Origin: Mizuhopecten yessoensis
Taxonomy: Eukaryota
DNA: 64,000 nt
NCBI RefSeq assembly: GCF_002113885.1
Contig: NW_018404300.1
Location: 330,652 to 394,651, forward strand
Direction of reading: 5' to 3'
Shown: positions 1-12,986 of the stretch, in pieces
Layout: every line of letters starts with the position of its first letter
Position numbering within the stretch: position 1 is the stretch's first letter
Made by a program: the position numbers and the translations under genes
Notes under the pieces: model-generated
What the model saw: only the letters and a program-made list of their open reading frames with translations
Told to the model about the DNA's origin: nothing
The model's database searches: none

Positions 1-1836
1 TTCGTTGTTATTGAAAACAAGCTTTATATATCGAAGTTAGGTATCTCTCTATTATAAAACTGTACAACCCATGCAAAATCGTCCAGATGCAATATTCTCC
101 AAATTGATTCATAATTGGCACACATGTTGCTTATGGTAAAACAACCTCTCATGCGAAAAAAAAAATCAAAAATATTGAGCCACTTGGATTTTATGCTACA
201 AAATCTAAAAATAGAATATTGCATAGAAAAATGACTAATTTTCAAGACAAATTAAGGTATTTTGAACGGATTTTTTTCAAAAACTCGAGAGATTAACATA
301 GTTGTGACACTCCATTGGATGAGCTTAACATTGATATCGTATCACTGATATTAATCAATGTAATACCCTGAGATTGGTGAGTGAGACCGGAGTCTTGGTT
401 TAATTAAATTAATTCCACGTAATCTTTATTGCGTCTGTATATTAAAGTACCTTCATGTACAGACATTTGTTACCCTACGGAACACAAAGGGAGAGTAAAT
501 ATTTTGTTAATCAGCGTCCTCACTCCACTATAAAATATGTTAACAACATCAAAGCTACCCATTGGACGCAAAAGAAAAAAGATACCAAAAATTCAGAGTT
601 TGTAAAATGGTGATGAAGCAGAGAACGAAGTAAAGACCCTCATTAAAAAACAAGAATATGTCACTTGGTACCGATTGATTTGACTGCAGATAGTATGCAC
701 TTGATATTTGAATCTTCCTTATTCATTAAACTATTGGTTTTGGAAAGGTCTTTATTACATAATGAAATATTCCGAAATAAATAGAAACCATACACTTATG
801 ACTTGTCTGTGTCCATTGACGAGTTTAATTGTATTCTACCTTCAAACCACTTAAAAGAATAATTGAGTTAATGAAGTTTTGAATTGAACAAAACAAATAA
901 GTGTCTATGCTTCAAGTTACCACATCTGTACGAATACCAATTAACAACACTTGTACCCTACAGCGATATTCCTCAACAAGTGTTATATACATTCGATCAT
1001 ATCTTCGTAGGTTTTCAATATTCATTTTCAGTAGATAAGCATGGTATATGGCATGGATATATTCCATAATGGAGCTTGTAGACATCTCCGAACGAAAAGG
1101 CTCACTAACAGTGGCACTCCGGCTTTCACATTATAATACACACATTCTTTTATTAATAAATGATATGTCCAGTAATGATAAACTTAATTATGTCTAACCA
1201 TAAAACAAAAACAGCGAAATAAATATCAATTAAAATCGTTTAAACTTGAGTAAATACAAAATATAGATAAAACATCTCTAATGCTGGTATCTCAATAACA
1301 TTAATTCAATACTTAAAAAAAGTAGAAAAAAATAAACTAGATTTTAATAATTAACATTTTTATCGTGAATAAGTATAAAGTCATGTTATAAACTAAAATC
1401 AATACGGCCCGGACAGTTGCCAGAAGTATCTGCCAGAGAAGATTAAATCTGTAAACTTTTTACGAAATCGGAGTCGGAGTGGGACAGATTTTAAATGTCT
1501 GATATCTTTTATTTAGACGATCACCACAGCTATATTTACCTATACAAACCACCTTTACTCTGATTTTATATAGAAACCTTATCAGACGAGCGAATCACTC
1601 TGTTTTCCCAACAGATTGTCAGAAGTAAGCGTCAAAGCCGTGTGTGTATATCACAAAGCCACTGACCCGTATAAACCCTCCCTCAATGTTCGGTGTCAAC
1701 AGTCAAAAGCGGTTCAGCGGACTCCGTAACTTAAACTGCTTCATGTTAAGATCCTAAATTCATGAAAATGAACAGGATTGTAATTTATAATCGCTACGAA
1801 GGAGAGTAAGAATGAAAATAGGATGTTTTAGCTTAC

Positions 1837-1945
1837 CTCTGTACAAGCCGAGCTAAGGAATCACTCGTGTTGGTTCTTGGTCCGCCATGTTTGGTAACGG
1901 GAGAAGCTAGTGTTGGTATCTAGGAAGTGACATTGTGACGTCACA
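1837..1945 (-). promoter_or_regulatory. Probable promoter and first exon of a minus-strand gene running off the left edge
   Basis: On - strand: aaacATGGCG at 1888 then consensus donor CAGAG|gtaag (exon end 1837); upstream ETS-like GGAAGTG (1923) and palindrome TGTGACGTCACA (1934-1945, CRE). Confidence 0.5.
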
Positions 1946-3931
1946 GAACAAAGTCAAAGAGGTCCAACGACGGGATTTTCTCAGTGCCGTGGCCTGCTCT
2001 TGGTCGATCAGTTAAATCACCAGGCTATGGCAGAAGGGTGGTGATCGAGTGTGTTTGTTGGCTAACGAGTAACGCCCGAGACTTAATCGATTTGTATATG
2101 AATTATTGAAAGATGAAGGAGTAATTCTGGTGTTTGTAGTTACCCCGTGGGACCTCGTTAAGATTATGAGTGACAAGTCTGTTGGCTATCTTGTCAACTC
2201 CGTTATCACAGGCAAGAAATAAAGTTATCAATACACGGATGGGTCAAGGACGACGGTGTATCATACAAAGACATGATTCGGGGAGTTTCGCCCCTTCTTG
2301 GTGTATTTCAATTCAGTTCAATTCTGTGCAAGTAGGTCTAGATAAAAAAAAGTTTATGACTATGCAAATTATATAAAGTTTAGTAAATATTTTATACAAA
2401 GATTGTCAACAAAACCTATAATAAGTTGCAAGCTTTGTATGAAGGCGTTTTTTATGTTTTGATAAAACAAAAAGGACCATCTCATTCACAAATATTTCGG
2501 CTTTCTCTTCTGTTTTATAAATTGAAAGGTTTTTTTTCTTCCCCTCAATATAATGTTTGGGTATTAAGCAGATGCTTTACTATTAAACCCGATAAAACAA
2601 GCCATTTTATGTAGAAAAAAACATGAAAAGTTTTTTTTTATTCGCCGTGTATGCAGTTTTGGAAGAAAAATAAATGATATAAAAGCACATGAAAACTATG
2701 TAATTTATATGATCGGTCACAGATACTAAGAGATTACAGTATACAGAAGAGATTCATACAATATCATCCAAAGTTGTTATCAGAAATCTATGAATGTTTG
2801 CAAAATTGATCAAAATGGCGTTTTCCTCTCAACAGTGGAAGTGAAATTATCTTATCTAATTATACTGTCATCTCAGAAAATATAGTCAGGTTTCTTACTT
2901 TTTAAGCATATATTTAAATTAAGTTTTCACCTTTATTGTAGCTTTAACACTTGATATGAAATGTTCTGCAATTAAACTTTTCAAACGTTTATCGGATCAA
3001 AAGAAAATATCTTTTTCTTCATAAAACAGCCGAATAAACAGAGATATAGTGCCTCATTTTGTTTACCATATTATTTTTGTGTGATGAAAAAAAATCGGGA
3101 TAAAAAATGAGACGCGCTTCAGATGAACTAAACAATTTTCATTTTGTTGCACAATGTTTTCGTGATATTGACACAGCATTAATCAACTTGCTCGGCTGTT
3201 AAACATGGCGATAGAATGACGTTTTAGTGATATCGATCTTATGTCAAAAAAGGTAAACCTTTAACATTGCATAAAATACACATTTTCGAAAAATTCAAAT
3301 GTCTGCAAAGTGGTCAATTTTATGACTTGTGAGTAGCGTCAATTCCAGGCTTAAATATATATGTAAAAAAACCCACAAACAAGTCTTCAAAAGAAAAGCG
3401 TGGCCCTATGATAAGACATAATATTAAAAAGATGTTTTTACAGATGTGAACAAATTCCTCTCAAAAAGTTTATATTAAAATGTGCAATATTCAACGTTTC
3501 TGTTTCACGTTGAATCAAAAATTTCACTCGTAAAGACAAATTAATTTAGTTTATAACCTTTTATCGAGCTGGTACACTGGAGACAATAAATGGCAGAGCT
3601 TTCTGAATGAGGTTTTAATCTGTACCTATAGCACTGTTTAAAACATATAAATAGATGGTCATTAAAGAAATCAATAAATCGAACAAAAAGATAGCTCTCA
3701 TGTAAAAATAAATACCATGCTTATCGTTTAACGGGAAGTAACTCGAAAGTTTCAAAAGTATGCGAGTTTTACAAACCATTTCGTGTGACTTATGCCGCTA
3801 CCTCAAGTTATAAGTTGCGAAAACCTCAACTCGTGTTAGTATGGTGATATCACCTGTTCAGTTTCGATAGGTGATATTGCCGATTCATTCCGTGAGATCA
3901 CCCTAATATATATTGGCGATATCGTTAAAAT

Positions 3932-4600
3932 AAAAGAGGCCCATGGGCCTTAACGGTCACCTGACTTATGTAAAAACTGAGGTTATCGATGTTGCCAAAT
4001 GAAAAAAATATCATTTTGTAACAAAGGTAACTTGAACTACATGCAATGCAAAAGTAGTGTGAAAGATCTGGGTAGTATATGTACTATGTACAAATAGTGG
4101 TTCTGTCAGTCAGCTGAGTTATGGTAAAGAACCTTAAGACCCTTCCGTCTATGAAGAGTATTTGATTCTACCATATTTGGATCTTGAGAAAAAGGTTTTT
4201 GAAATTTTAGTCAATTCGACCCTTTTTGGCCCCGCCTCTCAGGCTCCTGGGGGCTGGGGACCATATAATTCACAATTAAACTATGGTAATGTTTATCCCT
4301 TTCCCAGGGGGAAACGTGAGACCCCATGGTCATGAAATTCACTATTTTGGTAAAACAACTCAAGACCCTTCCATCTATGAAGAGTATTTGATTCTACCAT
4401 ATCTGGATCTTGAGAAGATTTTTGAAATTTTAGTCAATTCGGCCCTTTTTGGCCCCGCCCCTCAGGCCCCTTGGGACTGGAGACCATATAATTCACAATT
4501 TTGGTTGAACTTTGGCAATGCAAGGACGCACGACGCACGACGCCGGACAAAAGGCGATCGCAATAGCTCATTTGAGACTTTGTCTCAGGTGACCTAAAAA
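3932..4600 (-). mobile_element. Non-autonomous Helentron/HINE-like element
   Basis: Ends aagaggcccatgggcc-ggtcacctga and tcaggtgacctaaaaa (reverse of the + copies); internal ~230-bp-spaced direct repeat; gacgcac microsatellite. Confidence 0.75.
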
Positions 4601-5219
4601 GTTTATCACTTTTTTATGAACGCTTGAATTGTAACTGCAGTGTGTAAAAGATTAAAGGGAAACTAATCTTCTTACAGTCAAACGACAAAGTTATAAACGG
4701 TATGAAAAAGTGGATATAAACGACGCATTGGTGCAATATCTAGTCACTTGTTTCATGTGGAGCTTTTTAAGAAGTAGTCAAAGTATACATGTGCGTGTAA
4801 TATAACGAGGGTGAGAAAATGTTAGAAAAAAATCAACCCAGGCCGCTGTAACCACTGTTCCCCCCCCCCCCCCCCCCCGTTAACGGAGGTTATATTTTAA
4901 ATCTTCTAACACAAGTGGAGATAGCAGAGCTGTTACAAAGTTAAGTGGGAACTTATTTTGAATTATGAAAAAAAAAGTTCTTTTCTCCTAGATCTTCTCT
5001 TAGATAAGGGTTTTGAATCTACTTTCGGAGTACAAAGATTCTCTACTAGAATAAGAGTTTACTTCCGTTATTATCCCTACTGGCTCAAGTTAAAGTTTAT
5101 CAAGTTTTTCTGTGAGAGTATGATATAAATTAGTGCACAATATAGTGGTTAGGTGAACCCGAACGTTTTTTTTTTCATCCAGCAATATTTCCAGAACCTT
5201 ATATGAGACTAGCATCACA

Positions 5220-6788
5220 GTGATTCTTCGACAGCTGGTTCTACATTTTTGTTCCCTCTTCGTTTGCAGATTGGTTACAGAGCCTCGTGTTTTAAGTAGA
5301 GAGCATTCATAAAAGCTGGTATATCTGCTAAACGTGTCCTGTGTGTATGCAAGCTGGATCTGGTGATTTTCTTGTGTTCTGTCATGTCATGCCAAATTCG
5401 ATCTCTTCCAATGAGAATGGATGCGTCCTTCGGTGGTATGACGTTGCATATAATATTCCTGAACTAACCCCACGCCACACTGCAGTGGAGCCTTCACATC
5501 CTGATGGAAATATTGATATTGCTAGTTTACTGAAATGTTTCTTCCATTAATTGCTGAGGTCTTACCCCGAGTACACCAAATTACTCACACGAACCCCCTT
5601 ACATAATTGAAGTCAAACTTCAACAACTTTCTAAAAGAGAAAAGTCTGAATATATTCGTCTGACATTAATTGTTTTATTCCTTGCCTTCCATGGTTTCAC
5701 TTATTTAAACCTATGTCAGCAATCGTGAATGGATGGGCAGCATCCATCAGTTTCCCTGCAGTCTAAATGCATACTTCCATTTTACGGTAACTGTGTAGGG
5801 TGTGACTGATTCGGAAGCTTTGGTGGTTTTGGCGCCAATCATATCACTTGCACGCTTCGAAGGGAGATCTACCTGTGCTAGGAGTGAAAGTGTAGCATCA
5901 CTCGGTACACAATTAGGTGATTGGATTTCAGCGGTGGCCCTGATCATGCAAAGTAGGAAATCAGCTTCCTGCATGGAATACCGCAAAATTTCTGTGTTGT
6001 CTTTCATTAAAGGCATTAATTCTCCAACATTTAGTCAACTGGAGGTTGATGTGTTTGTATATTTCTTGAAAGTTGTTAATCTTTTGCTTTGTTTGAAGAG
6101 ATGCAGTCTGTGAAACGTTTAATGTTTCCTCGAACGTTTACAAGGTATTGGAGTCAGAATATATGTCATAGCATGCCTAGCATCAACCACTCAGCCATCT
6201 TTATTCCTTTGGTCCTTTGGCGTTTCGATGCTAAAAATCCTGCAACATATGTATGATACATCCAGTGTCACGTGAGGTATAGTCTCGTGAGGTGAATGTT
6301 ACAGCTTGTCACTGTACTCATTCAAGAGTACAACATCCTCAATGTTGTTCTAGCCTTCATATTTATTGTGTGGGACGAAAGTGAGGTTTTCGAATAGTAT
6401 GTTCCCAATGTACGCGGTTTTCTCAAACTTCTATTAAGGACGCTTTTGTCGCTTTTGTAGAAGTGTGGAAGAAATATTCAGTTGATGCTCGAACTGATGT
6501 CAATTTGGTCATTTTGGAGCTATGGTCGACTATGCTTCTTTCATACATGAAGGGGCAATCGTCGGCGAAATGATGAAAAGCGGATTTCACAGAAGTACGA
6601 TCGGCCCTATTACCGTACCTTAATGAACTACAAACCATCACCTGCATGCTCAAGTCAGATAATAACATCCACTTCATGTGAGAGCATTGTATAGAAGTGT
6701 TCAACTCCCTTCCAAACAGAGGCGATATAAAACGTCCAGATAAGAGCCACTGAATTAATACCGAGAATGACAGACCTGTCCTGTGCAT
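5220..6788 (-). pseudogene. Decayed coding-like sequence, unidentified
   Basis: Higher complexity and GC than flanks; patchwork of minus-strand frames (5747-6016, 6423-6788) broken by stops; no family recognised. Confidence 0.3.
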
Positions 6789-6789
6789 A

Positions 6790-7090
6790 TGATAGAACTT
6801 TTAAAAATCATAACAGGAAAATATGATCCTGAGGTGACCAATTTCATTACATGCAATAAGAACAATACTGCTACTTGTAAGGGTGTATAATACAAACTAT
6901 ACAGAGAGAGAACGCGCCTAAATATAAGAAAAAAACTCCTTCCGTCACAGAACTGTTGATATTTGGAACAGTCTACCAGTTGAGTGTATCACGAAGAACT
7001 GTTAAATCATTTGAAACTTGCCTCGTCCACCACTGGAAAAAAAACAACCGATACGCTATAATTATAGGGAACCAATTCTAATCCACCTGT
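6790..7090 (+). mobile_element. CR1-type LINE 3' fragment
   Basis: Broken frame reads approximately KLYRERTRLNIRK..SFRHRTVDIWNSLP, typical of the CR1/L2 ORF2 C-terminus. Confidence 0.6.
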
Positions 7091-8309
7091 TATTTAAAAT
7101 TGATTGAAAACTAAGAACACATGTAATAACTTCAATTGGCAATACTTAATCTGCCATTTATAACCACTTTGAGGAGATATGTGCATGATGATGTCATACT
7201 TATTACATAATAATTTATTTATTTTTAATTGTACACAGCTGACAGTAGAGGATTTTCAAGTCCTATAGTCAGAATCAAACCTGTGTATCTGTGTTATATC
7301 ACGGACTAAATCCGTGGTTATATCAAATTACTCCCAGGAACCGGCGATGTAGTGATCTAAATTATATCTATTATTTTTAGGCCTAAGTAAAGCATTGCAT
7401 TAGAAGATGGAAGAAATGATGTAGCGATTTTTCACGACACTTCTTTGTATCCATCTTGAAATGCAGTTTCTTATACGAAAATGAAATATAAATGATTTGA
7501 TATATCAATCTTCGTTGTGTGCTACCTTAGATAATATATGCTCTACATGAGTTACTGCCCTTGTTGACGTGATAAACAAAAGGTACCGTTAATATTAGAA
7601 ATTCCGCGGGAATAGCTGGCACGGTAAATGCATTGTCTCTGACTCTCATGTTGCTGCCAGTAACTGCCTTGCTCGTCTTATTCTTGGTGAGTATTTCACT
7701 TATGATGGCGAGTTTCGTCGGTACATTCTGAGATGGAAACTCTTTGTAATAATTCAACTTTCACTTCACGTTGAGTGTTCGATACGCATGAGTGCATTAG
7801 GCTTACGTGTCGATTTTTCCTGCGAACTTGATTTTAGTGGACTTGACGGTTATTTTTCGTACCGAAGCCTCTCAGTTGGCCTTGTATGTTTGTCTACCGC
7901 AATGTGAAGGTATGACTAAAGTAACGTCATATATAAGAAAAAAATATAAATAGTGATTATAGATTTAAGATTAGATTACACGGTAGGTAGTGACCTTACT
8001 TATATTATGAACTGATGTTATTTCACGAATCAAGTAGACTGTCAGTTCTTTTTCTTATTGAAATGCAGTAGACTGCTACAAAATGTATGATGTCTGGGGA
8101 TATTTTTGAATATGCACTAACTTACAGTGCAATATGGACAAAGGGGAGCAACTCTTCCGACCTTATAAAATTCATCATTAGAATTTTAACCTATTATCAA
8201 CAGTCAGGAGATGTACAGCGAGTCTGTTAAAGTGTAGCTTTCATAGTAGCGACAGTCTGGTCTGGGTACTTGTGACAGCTGTTTAGCAGGTAGCTAAATT
8301 GGCGTTACT

Positions 8310-8469
8310 TAAGGAATGATTTTTATTTTTTCAGCATTTATGAGGTCATAACAACAATGGGTTTATGGACATATTGAATGAATCGCGTTAGCGATTCATG
8401 TAAAATATGTCCAAAAACCCATTGTTGTTATGACCTCATAAATGTTGAAAAAATAAATATCATTCCTTA
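8310..8469. mobile_element. Palindromic MITE (160-bp foldback)
   Basis: taaggaatgat...gaatcgc-gtta-gcgattcat...atcattcctta; near-perfect inverted arms with TA at both ends. Confidence 0.75.
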
Positions 8470-8540
8470 TATTTACATTGACGAATCCTTTCAGTGGATC
8501 GATATAACAACGAATAAAACAAATAAACAGGGTTTGTTCC

Positions 8541-9924
8541 TGCTTATACACGGGTGCAACGCAGTGGCGAGAACAGTGTTTTTTCGCGGGGAAATGTGAC
8601 ACTATCGTGAGAGATCTTAGCAACCGTCAACAACAATAACACAACAAAATGTAGTTCCATATTCAATGTTTATTTGTAGCACAGGACACGTGAATACGTG
8701 GATATTTCACAAAGCACAGTTCAATAATATTTTAAGATGTAAGAATTAAGCATCTAGGTCGGTCGTTCCGAGTGAGTAGTTTTTGTAGTGTATTACTACG
8801 CAGTGTGATCAGGTTACTATCAGTTCCCACGTGCTGAGATTCTATGAACACCTGTGTTATGCATTTATGAATGTAATTTTTGTCAATGGGTCTAAGCATA
8901 CAGAATGTAAATATATATATATATATATATTGTTATACACATAGAATTTCAAATTTCTGTGGTTAAAGTGTACTTTTTGAGTTTGTAGCACTGTATGCCA
9001 CACAGGTTTGGATCCCAATCTGTCCATCAAAATCAATTTCTTCCAACATCTGTGACGCTGAACAGAATCTCCTCAAACGAAAACATTTCATTAAATTGGT
9101 GGGGATTCAAAATTGGAAAAATGGAGGAATCTTAACGGTGTAGGGGGTGGATTAAAGAAAAATATATGGCCATACTTCTTAGTGACTTCTTCTTTAGAAA
9201 TGTGAGATGGATGTCAACCATTTTTGTTCAAAGTGCTTATACACGGGTGCAACGCAGTAGCGAGAACAGTGTTTTTTTGCGGGGAAATGTGACACTATCG
9301 TGAGAGATCTTAGCAACCGTCAACAACAATAACACAACAAAATGTAGTTCCATATTCAATGTTTATTTGTAGCACAGGACACGTGAATACGTGGATATGT
9401 CACAAAGCACAGTTCAATAATATTTTAAGATGTAAGAATTAAGCATCTAGGTCGGTCGTTCCGAGTGAGTAGTTTTTGTAGTGTATTACTACGCAGTGTG
9501 ATCAGGTTACTACCAGTTCCCACGTGCTGAGATTCTATGAACACCTGTGTTATGCATTTATGAATGTAATTTTTGTCAATGGGTCTAAGCATACAGAATG
9601 TAAATATATATATATATATTGTTATACACATAGAATTTCAAATTTCTGTGGTTAAAGTGTACTTTTTGAGTTTGTAGCACTGTATGCCACCCAGGTGTGG
9701 AGCCCAATCTGTCCATCAAAATCAATTTCTTCCAACATCTGTGACGCTGAACAGAATCTCCCCAAACGAAAACATTTCATTAAATTGGTGGGGATTCAAA
9801 ATTGGAAAAATGGAGGAATCTTAACGGTGTAGGGGGTGGATTAAAGAAAAATATATGGCCATACTTCTTAGTGACTTCTTCTTTAGACATGTGAGATGGA
9901 TGTCAACCATTTTTGTTCAAAGTG
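8541..9924. repeat. Direct tandem duplication, 2 x ~693 bp
   Basis: 8541-9233 repeated at 9234-9924 with a few substitutions and one (TA) unit difference. Confidence 0.95.
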
Positions 9925-10159
9925 TTCTCAAGTGTTGAGGATTCAAAATTCTACAAATAAAGCCCCTAGGGACTGAATGTGGGGCTACTAGATATGTTAT
10001 TGCTCTGGAAGATGAAAATATATATGTCAGCTGTATTGGACTGAAAACATTTTCAGGTGGTGGGGATTTACAATTTTGCAAATGGAGTGGCTGGCCTGTA
10101 AGGTTGAGGGACTGCAAAAAGGGGGTTATAACTTGATGCAAAGCCTCTTAATCAATTAA

Positions 10160-10242
10160 CTCATTCACCCCTGAAATTTCAAAATGAACTCTTCCAACCT
10201 TTAAACTTGAAGAGTTCAAATGTGTCTTCAGGGGTGCATGAG
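10160..10242. mobile_element. Small TIR MITE
   Basis: ctcattcacccctgaa ... ttcaggggtgcatgag, flanked by ttaa / ttta. Confidence 0.5.
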
Positions 10243-11945
10243 TTTAGAGACGAATGTAAGGAGACAGTATCCAAATCAGATCAGTACCCAAATCAGATTA
10301 CTTTTTGCAAAAATACTTATTAATCAATTAACATGTCAACAAATCAGTTAGAACAATGATGTAGCTTTAGAATAGATACCCATGCATTTATTGTCTACAG
10401 ATGATTAGTTTTTAAGTTCAAATAGCAAAAGAAAACGTAATTCAAACTTCAATGTCAGTGTTTTGATCACGTTTAAAAAAAATGGCGGGTGTGACGACTG
10501 TATGCATTCTATTTTAGACTATAGGAATAAAATCACACTAAAGAAATATTTCATTGTTAAATATAAATTCTTAATGCCTAAAGGTCATGATAAAATGTTA
10601 ATATGCTGACAAAAAAATATTCATTTGAAGTGTAAGATACTGCAAAATTCAAACCTTGATCCGATTTGGGTCATGACATTCGCTAAAAACCAGAAATGCT
10701 GATTGGTGACTTTAGAGCGTTCTATGAATATATCAAGAGAGCCCTGTGTGCTAATTTCGTTGGTAAGAACACCCATCGATATTCATCCTTTGATACAACA
10801 ATAAATGAATATAATTCCTTCTCAGATTTTTTAGTGAATGAATAAAATGATGGTTTGGTGATCCGATTTGGGTACTGCCATCTTATCCTACCAGAAATGC
10901 CGTTTAGAAATGGTTGAGATCCCCATACTATAATCATATATACAATTGCTTTGTATAAAGAGGAGATAAATAAAAATATGCTTTCAGGTTTGGTCCAGGG
11001 TCTGGTTGTAACCCTGAAGACTTGGTCCCTGCATGCGACATAATTTTGTAAACCATTGAGATCCTCATTCGATAACCTTATAAACAAAATCATGCTGTCA
11101 GAATTACATGACTCCTGGTCCATTGTCTGGCACTGCCTATAGGGTCTTCAAAGATGGGTCGCATCATTGAAGCAGTTGAGATCCCCTGCTGGGCCACAAT
11201 GTGGAAACAGTTCAAATCACGACCCTAGTGTAATCATAGTCATTTGTTTGGCATGGAATGACAATTTATAGATATGCTGTACCAAAATTGGCCTCCAGTT
11301 TTACCCTTCCCATATAGACTTTGTCTCTGGATGATAACAAAGTCACGATCTCTACCAGGTAACCAAACTACAAATATATATGATTGCTGAGTACGAAGAG
11401 AAAAATAATCTGTTAGTGTTACCAGGATTGCCTGCATTTTCCATCCCCACTATTTACAACTTTAGAAACCTATTGATTGAGATCATTATAATGGAATTGC
11501 TGCATTTGCCAACTGGGGATACAAAAATATGACATTAAAATTTAAGTTAAGTTAGAATTGTTTTTTTGAAAAATCCATCCCACTACCACCAACACCCCAA
11601 AGATATAAATTGTTGTAACTATTCCTTTCAATAACTGGTCTGTTGTTGTCTATAATAAGAAAGAAAGATGCTTTTCATTATTTCTTGAACAGTTTCCCAG
11701 GGTGGTGAATAAATATCTTATCTCACTTTCTATGTTATACTCAGTCCTTTGGATTCAAGACAATTTTTTTTGCACCTGACAAAATTTTGACTGGACATAC
11801 CTGTAATATCATTACGATATGGAGAGTACCATCTGTCCGACATACATCTCATACAAGGGAGAATGAGATCCAACATCTGCTACTGGTTTGTTCAGTGAAG
11901 TTCAGCGTTCCTCAGTTGATGGTTTCCGAAATGGAATTCACTAGT

Positions 11946-12024
11946 CTGGCCATAACAGCAGTCGGAATTCACCTGGCCATAACAGCAGTCGGAATTCACC
12001 TGGCCATAACAGCAGTCGAAATTC
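11946..12024. repeat. 27-bp tandem repeat x3
   Basis: Unit ctggccataacagcagtcggaattcac. Confidence 0.9.
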
Positions 12025-12178
12025 AAAATAAGAGATGACCAGACAACATCAAAAGGGGTGTTTCAGCAACTTAAAAATAGTTTACATGTTTCGGCCAACT
12101 ACCGGTAGGTTAGTTGTCATCAGAACCAAACTCATGGGCCAAAACATGTAAACGGGATTAAAATTACAGAGACTCCCA

Positions 12179-12986
12179 TTTTTAGCTTACCTGGCCTGAA
12201 GGTGCGGCGTCTGTCGTTTGTCCGTCGCCTGTCCGTCGCCCGGCATCAATATTTTACTTTAAACAACTTCTTCTTAATAACCACAAGTCCTAGGGTGAAG
12301 ATATTCAGCCAGAAGCAAATTGGGATGAAGGGCTACCAAGTTTGTTAAAATAAATTACCTTCACCCATATTCAAGGTCACAGGGGTCAAATACGTTAAAA
12401 ACTTTAAACAACTTCTTCTGAATAACCAAATGGACCAGGATGATGATATTTGGTCATGAGCATGCTGGGATGAAGGGCTACCAAGTTTGTTCAAATGAAT
12501 AACCTTGACTTATTTATATTCAAGTCACAGGGGTCAACTAAGTTTAAAAATTTAAACGACTTCTGAATAACCATAAGGCCTAGAATGTTGATATTTGGTA
12601 AAAAGCGTGCTTGGATGAAGGGCTATCAAGCTTTTTTCATTTGAATGACCTTGACTCACTTTCAAGGTCACATTTAGTCAAATATGTATAAACATTTAAA
12701 TTACCTAATCTCAATAAACAAAAGGTCTAGGGTGGTGATATTTTGCAAGTTGCATGCTGAGATGAAGGGCTATACAGTTTGTTTAACGTAATGACCTTCT
12801 TCGACTTTCAAGGTCACAGGGGTCAAATGTTTGAAAATCTTTTAACAGGTTCTTTTGAATGACTTACATACACAGTAGTTGTAAATACTGATATTTTGCC
12901 CTTAGCTTTATTTTAGGTTAATTTTATAGGCTACAAGTGTGAGATTAATACCAGGTGAGCAATGCAGGCCCATTGGGCTTCTTGTT
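12179..12986 (+). mobile_element. HINE/Helentron-like element with ~146-bp internal repeats
   Basis: 5' ttttagcttacctgg, gtcc/gtcg microsatellite, four aagggcta-containing units, 3' caggtgagc..ggcccattgggcttcttgtt. Confidence 0.75.
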
